This document shows positions 35,852 through 45,805 of a stretch of 64,000 nucleotides of DNA, piece by piece (the stretch's first letter is position 1; every line of letters starts with the position of its first letter). The stretch lies in contig JBCCXZ010000011.1 in the NCBI GenBank assembly GCA_039190745.1, forward strand, positions 1 to 64,000. The letters run 5' to 3'. Origin of the DNA: Planctomycetota bacterium. GTDB taxonomy: Bacteria > Planctomycetota > Planctomycetia > Pirellulales > Lacipirellulaceae. The translations under genes and the position numbers were made by a program. The notes under the pieces were generated by a model. That model searched no databases. It worked only from the letters and a program-made list of their open reading frames with translations, and was not told where the DNA came from.

Positions 35852-36760
35852 CTAGCCGCTTTGGCCGATGGGCTTGGCGAGCCGTATCGCCAGGTCGAGC
35901 AGCGTTACGACGTCGATCGCGTTGTGCCGGAGGACGGCTTCGAGCTCGTTGCCGTCGCCGGTTTCGACGTAACGCTGGTACACGGCGGGGATCTGGCTGC
36001 CGGGGATGTCGCCGGTGCGCGAGCGGCGGCAGACCATCCGTTCGAGGGTCTGCAGCTTGCAGTCGGGCAGGCTCGCGCGCCACTTGCGGCGGCTGTGGTG
36101 CAGGAGGTCGACGTGCGTGGGTTCGGGCGCCGGTGTGCCGCGGAAGAGGAGGTGCCGAGTCGTGCGGTCGACGACCATCGGCCAGTCGAAGCTCTTGCCG
36201 TTGAAGGTGAGTAGCAGGGTTTCGCCCGTGAGCGTCTGCCAGAGGGCTTCAAGGACAGAGCGTTCTTCGCTGTAGTTGCGGGCGAGCAGGAGCTCGACGT
36301 GTGGTGTGAGGTCGCAGCGCAGCAGGCCGATGAGGAAGAGGGCGTTGCCCGCGAGGCCGCAGGTTTCGAGGTCGAGGCAGACGAGGTGCTCGGGGAACGA
36401 GCGGGTGATGGCTGTCAGCTCGTCTTCTTTCCTTTCGCCGGTCGCTTCAGTGAGGAAGGTGTGCCGCTTGGCGAGCAGCTCGGGACCGCCGGGCCAGAAC
36501 TCTTCCAGCGGGACGACGATGCGGAGGTGCTCGCCGGAAGCGGTGGCGACAGGTTCCCCGCGATCGAGCAGGCCCGCTGTTGATTGCACGGGCTGTGCGG
36601 GCTTCGCGGCGGCCGGCCGCGGGGCGGCCTTGGTCGCGGGCAGCGGCTGGCGGTTGAGCGCTTCGAGGCGGCTGCGGAGGCGTTCTTCGAGCATCCCGAT
36701 ACCAGTCTTTGCGATCTCGCTTGCTGGGGCTCGATCAGATTGAGGAGCGGAGTTCTTCAA
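35852..36760 (-). CDS. YprB/MrfB-like RNase H-fold (DnaQ-like) exonuclease
   Basis: CLDLETCGL, LLTFNGKSFDWP, HVDLLH, LQTLE, DIPGSQIP and HNAIDV motifs. Start uncertain. Confidence 0.85.
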   Translation of the reverse strand: MKNSAPQSDRAPASEIAKTGIGMLEERLRSRLEALNRQPLPATKAAPRPAAAKPAQPVQSTAGLLDRGEPVATASGEHLRIVVPLEEFWPGGPELLAKRHTFLTEATGERKEDELTAITRSFPEHLVCLDLETCGLAGNALFLIGLLRCDLTPHVELLLARNYSEERSVLEALWQTLTGETLLLTFNGKSFDWPMVVDRTTRHLLFRGTPAPEPTHVDLLHHSRRKWRASLPDCKLQTLERMVCRRSRTGDIPGSQIPAVYQRYVETGDGNELEAVLRHNAIDVVTLLDLAIRLAKPIGQSG

Positions 36761-37235
36761 CTGCGCGTGTTTGCTTCTCCACCCAATCCGAAACGGTCGT
36801 GGCTATTGGGAAGTGGAAGAAGAAGGCGACCAGCAGAGCGGCTGCGACTGCCAGCGATACGCCGTTTCCGCTCATCGAGTAATTGAAAATGCTGAAGAAC
36901 GCCGCTCCCTCCAAGGGGGCGGCCCCGACAATGGTCTTGGTCGTGTAGAGTTCGCAGATCTGTCTGACTTGATCTTCGGGCTCGGCCGCGCCTTGTGCGA
37001 TACTCTTGATGCCAGACCGGGTAATGAGGCCAGGTAAGAACGGCTGAGCGAGCAATGCAGCCGCCGCGACGGTGAGCGACTCGTAAAGGAGGTCTGAGTC
37101 TTCGGCTTTCTCACCGTCGCTGCTAATCAAAACAAAGCACAGGTAGCTAAAGACCCCTGCCGCCAAAGCAGCGACGATGATCTGTGTGGTGCGTGTGGTC
37201 TCGGTGATCTTCTGCTGTTCTTCGTCGCTGAACAT
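36735..37235 (-). CDS. Small four-TM membrane protein inserted between the helicase and exonuclease genes
   Basis: MFSDEEQQKITETTRTTQIIVAAL... with four hydrophobic segments and a LEGAAFF motif. Visibly lower GC than the flanks. Confidence 0.7.
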   Translation of the reverse strand: MFSDEEQQKITETTRTTQIIVAALAAGVFSYLCFVLISSDGEKAEDSDLLYESLTVAAAALLAQPFLPGLITRSGIKSIAQGAAEPEDQVRQICELYTTKTIVGAAPLEGAAFFSIFNYSMSGNGVSLAVAAALLVAFFFHFPIATTVSDWVEKQTRAVEELRSSI

Positions 37236-37249
37236 GCCGGCTGCCCACT

Positions 37250-39667
37250 CTATTCGGCTGCGGTCATCACCCGAGGAGCCGTATTCTCGCAGAACGGTTC
37301 GCCGCGGAGCAACTCCAGTAGCCGCAGCGTGGCGGCCTTGTTGGGCATGGGGTGGCCGCGGGTGAGGTCGGGGTCGCTGTGCATGCCGGGCGCCAGGTTG
37401 GGGAGGCCCACGCAGCTCGGGCAGCCCTCCTCGCAGGGGCACTCGGCCACCAGCTCGTGGCAGATCCGCAGCAGCTCGGCGACGTGCTGCATGCCCTTCT
37501 GGCAGTAACCCAGGCCGCCGGGGTAGCGGTCGTAGAGGATCATCGTCGTGCGGCCGAGGTTCTTGCTGTCGACCACGCCGCCGAGGTCGCGGCTGTCGCA
37601 CATCGAGACGAAGGGCAGCGCGACGATGGCGAGGTTCCGCAGCCCCGCGACGCCCTCGCTGGCGCGGAGCCCGGCGGCCTTCATCTGTGCCCGGACAGTA
37701 TCGTCGGGAGAGAGCCACAGTGCGGTGGTCTGCAGTGTTTGGGCCGGGATGTCGACCGGGCCCAAGCCGATGTTTTCGCGGGTGTTGAATTTGATTTTCT
37801 TGAACGCGACCGTCTGCCACGAGACGTCGACGTCGCCGTAGGCTACCGAAGCGCCTGATACTGTGTCGCTCTGTTCGCGCTCGTCGCGGATGAGGACGTT
37901 GCTCTCGAGCACGGCCTGGGTGTAGTAGTCGCTCTCGCGGCGCTCGACGTAGGCCACCTTGCCGTTGAGGTCGAGCTCGCGGACGAAGTAGGTCTCGCCG
38001 TCGTGCAGGTAGATCGCCTCGGGGTAGACCGGCTCGGGCGCGCTGATCGAGTCGACGTTGGCGATCACCACGTGGTCCTCCGACTCGGCCGGGTCGGCCC
38101 CGGCGGCGAGGGTGTCGCGGAGCACGCTCTGCGGTTTGCGGAGGACGATGCTGAAGGTGTTGTCGCTCATGTGGCGGAGGCTCACCCCGACGGTGGGGTT
38201 CTGGCCGCCGGGGTGGTAGAGCAGACCGTCGACCTCGGCGAGCTGCTTCTCGTCGGTGAGCACGCCGGAGACGGGGCCGGCGAGGGCGCCGAACTCGGCG
38301 AGGTCGTCGTCGGAGAGCGGCAGCTCGAACGCGGCGGCCTTCAGGTGCTTGGCGAGCACGTAGGGGTTCTCGGGGTCGACGACCGCGTTCTCCGGCGACT
38401 GGGCGAAGAAGTACTCGGGGTGGCGCAACAGGTACTGGTCGACCGGGTCGTTGCCGGCGATGAGCACGGCGAGGCTCTCGTCGTGGCGGCGTCCGCTGCG
38501 GCCGGCCTGCTGCCAGCAGCTGGCGATCGTGCCAGGGTAGTTCACCATTACGGCGACGTCGAGCGAGCCGATGTCGATGCCGAGCTCGAGCGCGTTGGTT
38601 GCGGCCACGGCGCGGAGCTCGCCGGCGAAGAGGTCCTGCTCGATCTGCCTCCGTTCATTGGGGAGGTAGCCGCCGCGGTAGGCGCGCACGCGACCGGCGT
38701 GCGGCGAGTGGTCGTTCTCGAGCGACTCGCGGGCGTAGCGGTGGATCAGCTCGGCTGCCTGCCGCGTACGGGTGAACGCGAGTACCTGCCCCTCGGCCTC
38801 GACCGCCTCGGTCATCCAGGTCACCGCGTCGTCGTTGGGGCTCTGCCGCGCGAGGGCGTCGACGCCCAGCGGCGAGGGGTTCCACATCGCGAAGTACTTG
38901 CGGCCGTGGGGCGAGCCGTCTTGGTCGATCACCTCGACGGGCCGGTTGACCAGGCGGCTCACCAACTCGCCGGGGTTGGCGATTGTGGCGCTGGTGGAGA
39001 GGAACACGGGGTCGGCGCCGTAGTGGCGGCAGACGCGCTGCAGGCGGCGGAGCACCGCCGAGACGTGAGAGCCGAGGATCCCCCGATAGGTGTGCACCTC
39101 GTCGACGACGACGTACCGCAGCTCGGCGAAGAACTGGGCCCACTTCGGGTGGTACGGCAGGATGGCCGCGTGGAGCATGTCGGGGTTGGAGAGGACGAGG
39201 TTGGCCTCGCTGCGGATGCGGCGGCGCTGGGCGGTGGGGGTGTCGCCGTCGTAGACGCCGGGGCGGAGCAGCGGGCCGGCTTCGGGGTCGTCACCGAACA
39301 GTTCGAGCAGGCCCTTCAGCTGGTCTTGGGCGAGCGCCTTGGTGGGGTAGAGGTAGAGCGCTCTGGCGTCCGGATGGGCGACGCATGTCTCAAGGATCGG
39401 CAGGTTGTAGCATAGCGTCTTCCCGCTGGCGGTGCCGGTGACGACGACCCAGTCTTTGCCCTCGCGGGCGGCTTCGAGCGCTTCGACCTGGTGCGCGTAG
39501 AGCCTGTCGACGCCGCGGCGGGCGAGCAGGCTGGCGACCACCTCGGGCAGGGGCCTGACGGGTTCGGCGAAGACGCCGGGCCGTTCGGGCAGGACCTCGA
39601 TGTGCTCGAGCTGGCCGTGGTAATCGCGTCGTGCGCGGATGCGGTTGAGCAGCGCCTGGACATCCAT
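37250..39667 (-). CDS. DEAH-box helicase with DUF1998 Zn domain (YprA/MrfA/Hrq1 family)
   Basis: TGTASGKT, YPTKALAQDQ, DEVH, SATIAN, TNALELGIDIG, QQAGRSGR, LYDRYPGG.G and CPCEEGCPSC motifs. Confidence 0.9.
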   Translation of the reverse strand: MDVQALLNRIRARRDYHGQLEHIEVLPERPGVFAEPVRPLPEVVASLLARRGVDRLYAHQVEALEAAREGKDWVVVTGTASGKTLCYNLPILETCVAHPDARALYLYPTKALAQDQLKGLLELFGDDPEAGPLLRPGVYDGDTPTAQRRRIRSEANLVLSNPDMLHAAILPYHPKWAQFFAELRYVVVDEVHTYRGILGSHVSAVLRRLQRVCRHYGADPVFLSTSATIANPGELVSRLVNRPVEVIDQDGSPHGRKYFAMWNPSPLGVDALARQSPNDDAVTWMTEAVEAEGQVLAFTRTRQAAELIHRYARESLENDHSPHAGRVRAYRGGYLPNERRQIEQDLFAGELRAVAATNALELGIDIGSLDVAVMVNYPGTIASCWQQAGRSGRRHDESLAVLIAGNDPVDQYLLRHPEYFFAQSPENAVVDPENPYVLAKHLKAAAFELPLSDDDLAEFGALAGPVSGVLTDEKQLAEVDGLLYHPGGQNPTVGVSLRHMSDNTFSIVLRKPQSVLRDTLAAGADPAESEDHVVIANVDSISAPEPVYPEAIYLHDGETYFVRELDLNGKVAYVERRESDYYTQAVLESNVLIRDEREQSDTVSGASVAYGDVDVSWQTVAFKKIKFNTRENIGLGPVDIPAQTLQTTALWLSPDDTVRAQMKAAGLRASEGVAGLRNLAIVALPFVSMCDSRDLGGVVDSKNLGRTTMILYDRYPGGLGYCQKGMQHVAELLRICHELVAECPCEEGCPSCVGLPNLAPGMHSDPDLTRGHPMPNKAATLRLLELLRGEPFCENTAPRVMTAAE

Positions 39668-39793
39668 GGCCCCGGCCCTCCCTGGCGGCGGATACTGAAA
39701 TTACTAAACAGGCGTTTAGTATACGTATCGGCCGGGCGGGCGGGCAAGATCGAAGATTCTTGCGGGCCGACTGGCGGCGGCCGGCGCGGGGCA

Positions 39794-39839
39794 GAAAAGG
39801 CAACGACCCCGCCGGGGGGAGCCCCGGGGGGTCGTTGCC
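39794..39839 (-). terminator. Intrinsic terminator after the Tad cluster
   Basis: GGCAACGACCCC...GGGGTCGTTGCC 12-bp stem followed by TTTTC on the minus strand. Confidence 0.7.
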
Positions 39840-39937
39840 AAGGTGGCAGCCGACAGCTTCAGCGAACGGCTCAGGACACCACTACCGTCCACACCGCTGC
39901 CGGCTGCCAGGGGCAGGGGTCGTCTTCAAGGGGAGCG

Positions 39938-41716
39938 CTACTCGGTCTGCGGGGAGGACATCTCGAACACCAGCTTGGCGGGCGGGATCTGCGACCCGAT
40001 GTTGCGGAAGGCGTCGATGAGCTGGGATTCCATCTCGGCGACGGTCGAGCCGCCGGGGACGTCGATGAAGATGCCCCCGCCGGCGAAGGCGATCGCACGC
40101 ATCAGGCTGCGGTCGGCCCCCGAACCCACCGCCAGGGTGTGGAGCGTGATGCCCCGCTTGGCGGCTTCGGTGGCCTCGTAGAAGGAATACTGCTTTTTCC
40201 AGTCGCTGGTGCTGTAGTCGGCCGAGCCGTCGCCGTCGTAGTCGGTCCAGTCGACCCAGCTGAAGCCCGCGGGCATGCTCCAGCCCGACGGGCCTTGGTT
40301 GGTTTGGCCGTCGGTCATGATGAGCATGGTGGGCCGGGCCCCGTAGCGGACGTGGCCCTCGTCTTCCTCATCATCGGCGACGCCCACCAGCAGCTCGCGG
40401 GCCTTGAGGATGCCGTCGCCCATGCCGGTCCAGGCGTTGTAGTGCCCGGCCTGGTGGCGGCGTTGGATCTCGTTGACTGTGTCGTACTCGGCCGTGATCG
40501 GGTTCTCGGTGATGTCGATCGAGACCTCGCCGTCGTTGTGGGTCATCTCTTGCACGGCGTAGGCGCCGTAGCTGACTAGGCCGACCTCGTCGCCGAAGTC
40601 GATCTCTTCGAGGAAGTCGAGGAAGAGCGTTGTGCCGTCCTTGATCGCGTGGAACGGGTAGTGGGGCGTACGCCACAGGTCTTCGGAGTGCGAGGCGGAG
40701 TACCGCTTCTCTTGGAGGTAGTCCATGAGCGTGCGGTAGCCGTATTTTCTCTTGTAGGGGCCTTTGAGGTTCTTGACATAGTTGATGTACTCCCGCCAGC
40801 GGGTGCGGCTGGTGTTCTCGTTGGGCTTGGATTTGGGCTGCCCGCTGGAGTGCCGACCGGCCTGGGGGAAGGGGTACTTCAGCTGCCCGTTGGAGTACTT
40901 TTCGCTGAAGTCGAGGACGGCGTAGATGTAGTCGGTGTCGGAGCTGTTGATGTGCATGCCCTCGTACGAGTCGAGGTCTCCGAAGCCGTTCTCCAGGAAC
41001 TTGCTCTGGTTCGTGCCGGGCCACTTGGGGTCGGCCTCGATGAGGGCGTCCCACATGCCGTCGAGCGACTGTTCGACCTGCGCTTGGCCGAGGCTGTTGA
41101 TGGAGCGGAGGCAGCTGTCGTCGTTCATCGAGCCAGAGAAGTCGAGCACCACAACCAGGTCGCGGGCTTCGAGGAAGGCGGTCGCGGAGGTCTGGATGGG
41201 CACGTGGCTGCGGTTGACGGCCCAGCCGAACGCGAGCGGCAGTTCGCCGTCGGGCAGCGTGATGTCTGATTCGGTCCGCCGGGCGGTGACGCGGACGACG
41301 TTGTAGGGGGCCGAGTCCCACTCGATGGGCCAGGAGCCTGTTGCGCTGTCGAACTTGCGTTTGCCGAACTGGACGTCGGTCTCTGCGTCGACGTAGACGC
41401 CGTTGGCTTCGGCGACGAGTGCGGCCATTTGTTTGGCGGCCTCGACGGCGATCGAGTTGGCGTCGATGCTGGCCGACCCCCCGCCCTGCCCCGCGATTTT
41501 GACCGCTTCGTTGATCTCGGTTGCGGCCGCGAGCGCCGCGGCGTCAACGGCGTTCTGCATCTGGGTTTCGGTGAGCACGATCCGGCCGGTGTCGACCGAG
41601 AGGGCAACAAAGGCGAAGAGGATCGTCAGGCAGAAGCCGGTGAGCACGGTGATGATGCCGCGTCGGCCTTCGCGGTCCGCTGTTCGGCCGCGGGTTGTTT
41701 GGTGGAACTGTTGCAT
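39938..41716 (-). CDS. TadG-like pilus assembly protein with vWA domain
   Basis: RRGII + TM + ALSVDTG...MQNAVDAAALAA, MIDAS VLDFSGSM, LIMTDG. Confidence 0.85.
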   Translation of the reverse strand: MQQFHQTTRGRTADREGRRGIITVLTGFCLTILFAFVALSVDTGRIVLTETQMQNAVDAAALAAATEINEAVKIAGQGGGSASIDANSIAVEAAKQMAALVAEANGVYVDAETDVQFGKRKFDSATGSWPIEWDSAPYNVVRVTARRTESDITLPDGELPLAFGWAVNRSHVPIQTSATAFLEARDLVVVLDFSGSMNDDSCLRSINSLGQAQVEQSLDGMWDALIEADPKWPGTNQSKFLENGFGDLDSYEGMHINSSDTDYIYAVLDFSEKYSNGQLKYPFPQAGRHSSGQPKSKPNENTSRTRWREYINYVKNLKGPYKRKYGYRTLMDYLQEKRYSASHSEDLWRTPHYPFHAIKDGTTLFLDFLEEIDFGDEVGLVSYGAYAVQEMTHNDGEVSIDITENPITAEYDTVNEIQRRHQAGHYNAWTGMGDGILKARELLVGVADDEEDEGHVRYGARPTMLIMTDGQTNQGPSGWSMPAGFSWVDWTDYDGDGSADYSTSDWKKQYSFYEATEAAKRGITLHTLAVGSGADRSLMRAIAFAGGGIFIDVPGGSTVAEMESQLIDAFRNIGSQIPPAKLVFEMSSPQTE

Positions 41717-41785
41717 GAGGACCCTTCCGTTAGCGACGCGTGGGCGGTGTGTCTGTGTGGGCTGGAGCTGAGGCGGCGGTTTGGG

Positions 41786-42274
41786 TTAGTCGGAGAGTGT
41801 GGCGCGTCCGTTGCGGAAGGTGACCGTTGCGTCGAGCGGGAAGTCGCTCGACTCGGGCACGGGGGTGAAGCTCATTTCCGAGTAGTCGATCGCCACGGTC
41901 ACGTCGAACAGCTCGAGTTCGTTGGCGGGGTCGTCGAGATCGAAATCGGTGTTGGGGTCGTCGTGCTCGGTGATCGAGACGTCCACCTTGTCGGGCGGCA
42001 CTCCCTGGGCGCCGAGAAAGGTTTTCACGTCGGCGACGATCTTGTCGTTGGTGGTCTCGCCGGGGGCGAGCATGTCGGTTTTGTCGACGCTGGCGAACCG
42101 CGCCCCCTCGCGTGCGGCCGAGTGGAGCAGGTTCTGCGACTCGTACATCCGGGAGACCTCGATGGTACCCATCGCGATGGTCACCAGCACCGGGGCCATG
42201 AAGGCGAATTCGACTGCGACGGCCCCCCGGCGGTCGGCGTACTGCTTCGGTCGTCTGGCTGTCTGTCGCTTCAT
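41786..42274 (-). CDS. TadE-like pseudopilin
   Basis: RRGAVAVEFAFMAP...AAREGARFA. Confidence 0.9.
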   Translation of the reverse strand: MKRQTARRPKQYADRRGAVAVEFAFMAPVLVTIAMGTIEVSRMYESQNLLHSAAREGARFASVDKTDMLAPGETTNDKIVADVKTFLGAQGVPPDKVDVSITEHDDPNTDFDLDDPANELELFDVTVAIDYSEMSFTPVPESSDFPLDATVTFRNGRATLSD

Positions 42275-42309
42275 TGCGTGGACTCGCTGCGGTTGGTTGG
42301 CGTCGGTAG

Positions 42310-42864
42310 CTACTCGTGGCGCATGAACGCCTGGGCGTCGAGGGTGACGGATTTGAGGAACGGCATCGGCACGATCGCGATCGAGTTGTAGGGCACGCTG
42401 GCGCGGACCACGAACAACTGCCGCGGCTCGGCCTCGGAGAGTTCGATGTTGGGCATAGCCTCGATAGCGGCGCCGGAGTCGGGGGCGGCTCCGGCGTCGA
42501 CCGTCGAGGCGTCTTTCACGAAAGTCGAGAGCGCGTCGGGGTCGATGGCGGCGCTGAGCACCTGATCGACGTGGGCGGTGACGTCGGCGGTGGTGGTGCC
42601 CTCGACTGAGCCGAGGCGGGCGGCGTTGCGGCAGCCGCTGGCGAGCAGGTTGTTGATCAACTGCGCGTGGCCGAACTCGAAGATCGCGAAGAGCAGCAGC
42701 AGGAACACGGGCAGGACCACCGCCGTCTCGACGATGCTGGTCCCCCGCCTGCTGCGCGCTTTGGCGGCGCAGAGCCTTCGGTGGTAGCGTTCCCTACGCT
42801 TCACGGGCTGCCTCGCTCGTAGCCGCGCGGGCCCGCCCAGGTAGGCGTTGTCACGCGGCGGCAA
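42310..42864 (-). CDS. TadE-like pseudopilin
   Basis: RRGTSIVETAVVLP...IFEFG...RNAAR. Start uncertain. Confidence 0.85.
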   Translation of the reverse strand: MPPRDNAYLGGPARLRARQPVKRRERYHRRLCAAKARSRRGTSIVETAVVLPVFLLLLFAIFEFGHAQLINNLLASGCRNAARLGSVEGTTTADVTAHVDQVLSAAIDPDALSTFVKDASTVDAGAAPDSGAAIEAMPNIELSEAEPRQLFVVRASVPYNSIAIVPMPFLKSVTLDAQAFMRHE

Positions 42865-43031
42865 TCAACGGAATCGTCAGTGAGATAAGGGCGTCGGCAG
42901 GCACGTTGCCGGCCGAGACCAGGCCGAATAGGGCCTTGTCCGTTGAAAGCCTACGTTACGCAACGGGGGCGTGACGGTTCGGAAGGAACCGGAGAGAGAT
43001 TTTTTTGCCGGCGGCGCCGGCTGTGCTGGCG

Positions 43032-45710
43032 TTACATCTGGCTCAGCAGCCAGAGGGCCCCGGTGAACTGACGCTTCGAGACGGTGACGGCGAGCTCTCC
43101 GAAGTCGTAGTCTGTTGCGTTTTCGCCACTGCCGAGCTCGACGCCTAGGACGAGGTCTTTCACCTCGGCGTCGGTGAGGTTCTGCGGCACGAGGAACGGC
43201 CCGGGGTTGGTGCCGAGTCTGCCGCCGCTGGTGCCGATGGTCTCTTCGCCGTCGTCAAAGAAGGAGGGCTGGGTTTCGAGGACGCGGTAGGTGCCGGGCA
43301 TGAGGTCCTCGAAGAGGTAGTCGCCCTGGGCGTTGGTGGTCGTGGTGCGGGTGACTGCGGCGCCGGTCATGTCGAGGCCGCTGAGCTCGACCTGCACGTT
43401 GGCGATCGGGCGTTCCCCGGGGTCGCGCTGGCCGTTCTTGTTCGTGTCGACGTAGACGTTGCCGCCGAGGCTCGCGGGGTCGACGCGCACGAGTGTCGGC
43501 TCGGTGGCGACGTTGTTGTTGTAGGTGGTCTCGGTTTCGTTGCCGGCGACCTCGACGGTGTTGAGGAGCTGCCCGACGAAAGCTGGGTCGACACGGACGT
43601 CGACGGTGACCGAGGTCTGACCGCCCCGGGCGAGGTCGCCGACCGAGAAGACGATCTGGTCGCCGGAGGCGCTCACCGGCGTCTGCGAGGCGCTGACGAA
43701 CATCACCTCGGGCGGCAGCGTATCGGTGAGGGTGACGCCCGTCGCGTTCGATGGGCCGTTGTTGACGGCGGTGATGGTGTAGCTGAACACGGCCCCCGGC
43801 TCGACGGGGTCCTGGCTGTCGATTTTCTGGACCGTGAGGTCGATCCGCGGGGTGACGGTGGTGACCGCGTCGTCGGTGTTGTTCGAGAGGTCGATCTCTT
43901 TGGGGGCGTTGACGGTGGCTTCGTTGACGAGCGTGCCCAGTGTGAGGGCGTCGATCGTCGCGGTGAAGGTCACGACGACGGACGCGCCCGGAGCGATCGT
44001 GCCGAGGCTCGATGAAAGCTGCCCCGCGGAGTGGGTCACTACGGCGCCGGTCGAGGTGCTGCCGGAAACGTAGGTGACCCCGGCGGGCAGAGCGTCGCTG
44101 AAGATGGCGTTCTCTGCGGCGGACGGGCCGGCGTTGGTGATCGTCACCGTGTAGGTGAGCGTCTCTAGGGGCGCGGCCTGCGCCTTGTCGACGTCTTTGA
44201 CCAGCTCGAGGTCGAAGCCGAAGAAGCCGAAGTCGACCGACAGGTTCGAGCTGGGGTTGGCGTCTCCGTCGGTGATGGGTTCGCTGCCGGCGACGAGGGT
44301 GACGGCCCGGCTGACGACGCCGGCCCCGGCCAGCGGCGTGCCGTTGTCGTCGAGGTCGACGTCGTTGTCGGGGTCGGCGGCCGTGCCGCTGCTGGAGACC
44401 AAGCCGTCGAGGGCGGCGCCGGCGTTGAAGTTCTGCTGGGCGACCTGCACGACGTAGTCGCCGGGCAGGAGGCCGGCGAAGAGGTAGTTGCCCTGGGAGT
44501 CGGTGGTGTCGCTGGCGACGAGCGCGTCGACGCCGGAGGTGAACTGGCCGTCGGCGTTGGTGTCGGCGTAGAGGTTGACCGCGACGCCGGGGATGCCGGC
44601 CTCACCGGGCTGGCGAACGCCGTCGTCGTTGGCGTCCACCCAGACGTTGTTGCCGAGGGTGAGCTCGGGGGCGGCGGTGAAGTCGGCGGTCTTGGTGGCC
44701 CGGCCGACCAGCCCGATGAGCGAGACCTGCCCGTCGAGCGCGGAGACGCCCTCGAAGTTCAGCTCGAGGGCCCCGACGTTGCTGAAGTCGGCGCCGCTGC
44801 CGCTGGTGGCGACGGGGGCGTCGTCGAAGCGGAAGACGGCCTGGCCGACGGCGGCTCCGCCGACCGACTCGGGCACGAGCGTGACGAATTCCGACCAGTT
44901 GTTGGCGTCGGTGTAGATGCGGAGCTTGATCTGTGCGTTGGGGTGGTCGGCGCCGCTTGTCAGAGCGATACCGGTCATCGTGTTGCCCTCGTGCTGGGTG
45001 AGGTCGACGCCCCCCAGCCCGGTGGGGTTGATGGCGAGCCCGTTGCCGTCGGCTCCGTCCCAGACGATCTTGGCGTTGCCGGTAACGGTGGGGTCGCTGG
45101 AGAGCCAGAGCAGCCCCCCTCCGCTGGCGAGCCCGACCGACGCGATGGGCGAGGCTCCTTCGGTGAGCTCGACGTAGAGGTCGCGTTCGCCGCCGAGCAC
45201 GTTGGGGTCGAGCAGCGACTTCGGTTCGCTGGAGGGCAGCGGCGGGGAGGCTTCGACGAACTGGTTGGTGGTGAAGCCGTCGATCGTCTGGCCGAGGATG
45301 CCGTCGGCCTCGGCCGCGGAGACGTTCACCTCGCGGACGTCCTGGCCGGGTTGGAACTGCGTGCCGGCGGGCGGGGTGACGCGGACGAAGTACTTGCCGG
45401 CGCCGACGCCGCTGAATTGATATTTCCCGGAGGCGTCGGTGCTGGTGGTGGTGACCACCGAGTCGTCGCCGCCGAAGACTCCGTTCCCGCCGTCGCGGAA
45501 GAGGGCGACGCTGGCCCCAACGACGGGCGCGTCGTTGGCGGGGTTGCCGTCCCCCTGCAGGTCGCTGAGGACCGAGCCGACCACTTCGGCGGCGTCGCCC
45601 GCTAGCATCTGGCGCGGCTCGAGCCGCTCGAACGCCAGCTTGTTCGATGTCAGAGGTGATGCAGCGTTCTTGCTGCGCAGGGGTTTCTTGCCGCGATCGT
45701 GAGACGACAT
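43032..45710 (-). CDS. Surface protein with SdrD B-like and DUF11 repeats and a Planctomycete-extracellular N-terminal motif
   Basis: LAFERLEPRQMLAGD, LGNNVWVDANDDG..PGEAGIPGV, TTDSQGNYLF.GL.PG.Y and YTVTITNAGPSAA motifs. Confidence 0.85.
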   Translation of the reverse strand: MSSHDRGKKPLRSKNAASPLTSNKLAFERLEPRQMLAGDAAEVVGSVLSDLQGDGNPANDAPVVGASVALFRDGGNGVFGGDDSVVTTTSTDASGKYQFSGVGAGKYFVRVTPPAGTQFQPGQDVREVNVSAAEADGILGQTIDGFTTNQFVEASPPLPSSEPKSLLDPNVLGGERDLYVELTEGASPIASVGLASGGGLLWLSSDPTVTGNAKIVWDGADGNGLAINPTGLGGVDLTQHEGNTMTGIALTSGADHPNAQIKLRIYTDANNWSEFVTLVPESVGGAAVGQAVFRFDDAPVATSGSGADFSNVGALELNFEGVSALDGQVSLIGLVGRATKTADFTAAPELTLGNNVWVDANDDGVRQPGEAGIPGVAVNLYADTNADGQFTSGVDALVASDTTDSQGNYLFAGLLPGDYVVQVAQQNFNAGAALDGLVSSSGTAADPDNDVDLDDNGTPLAGAGVVSRAVTLVAGSEPITDGDANPSSNLSVDFGFFGFDLELVKDVDKAQAAPLETLTYTVTITNAGPSAAENAIFSDALPAGVTYVSGSTSTGAVVTHSAGQLSSSLGTIAPGASVVVTFTATIDALTLGTLVNEATVNAPKEIDLSNNTDDAVTTVTPRIDLTVQKIDSQDPVEPGAVFSYTITAVNNGPSNATGVTLTDTLPPEVMFVSASQTPVSASGDQIVFSVGDLARGGQTSVTVDVRVDPAFVGQLLNTVEVAGNETETTYNNNVATEPTLVRVDPASLGGNVYVDTNKNGQRDPGERPIANVQVELSGLDMTGAAVTRTTTTNAQGDYLFEDLMPGTYRVLETQPSFFDDGEETIGTSGGRLGTNPGPFLVPQNLTDAEVKDLVLGVELGSGENATDYDFGELAVTVSKRQFTGALWLLSQM

Positions 45711-45805
45711 GGCTGCAACCTCGACCTGATTCGTCCGTGAACTGATGGAAGTGCTAGCGCGGATTGGCCGGCACGAGGAGTTCTTCCTTCAGTTCATCGG
45801 CACGA

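Noticed and set aside
37250..39667. DUF1998 helicase as a DISARM/Druantia-type defence gene
   Set aside because: No methylase, SNF2 or PLD partners. The YprB-like neighbour points to MrfAB-type repair.
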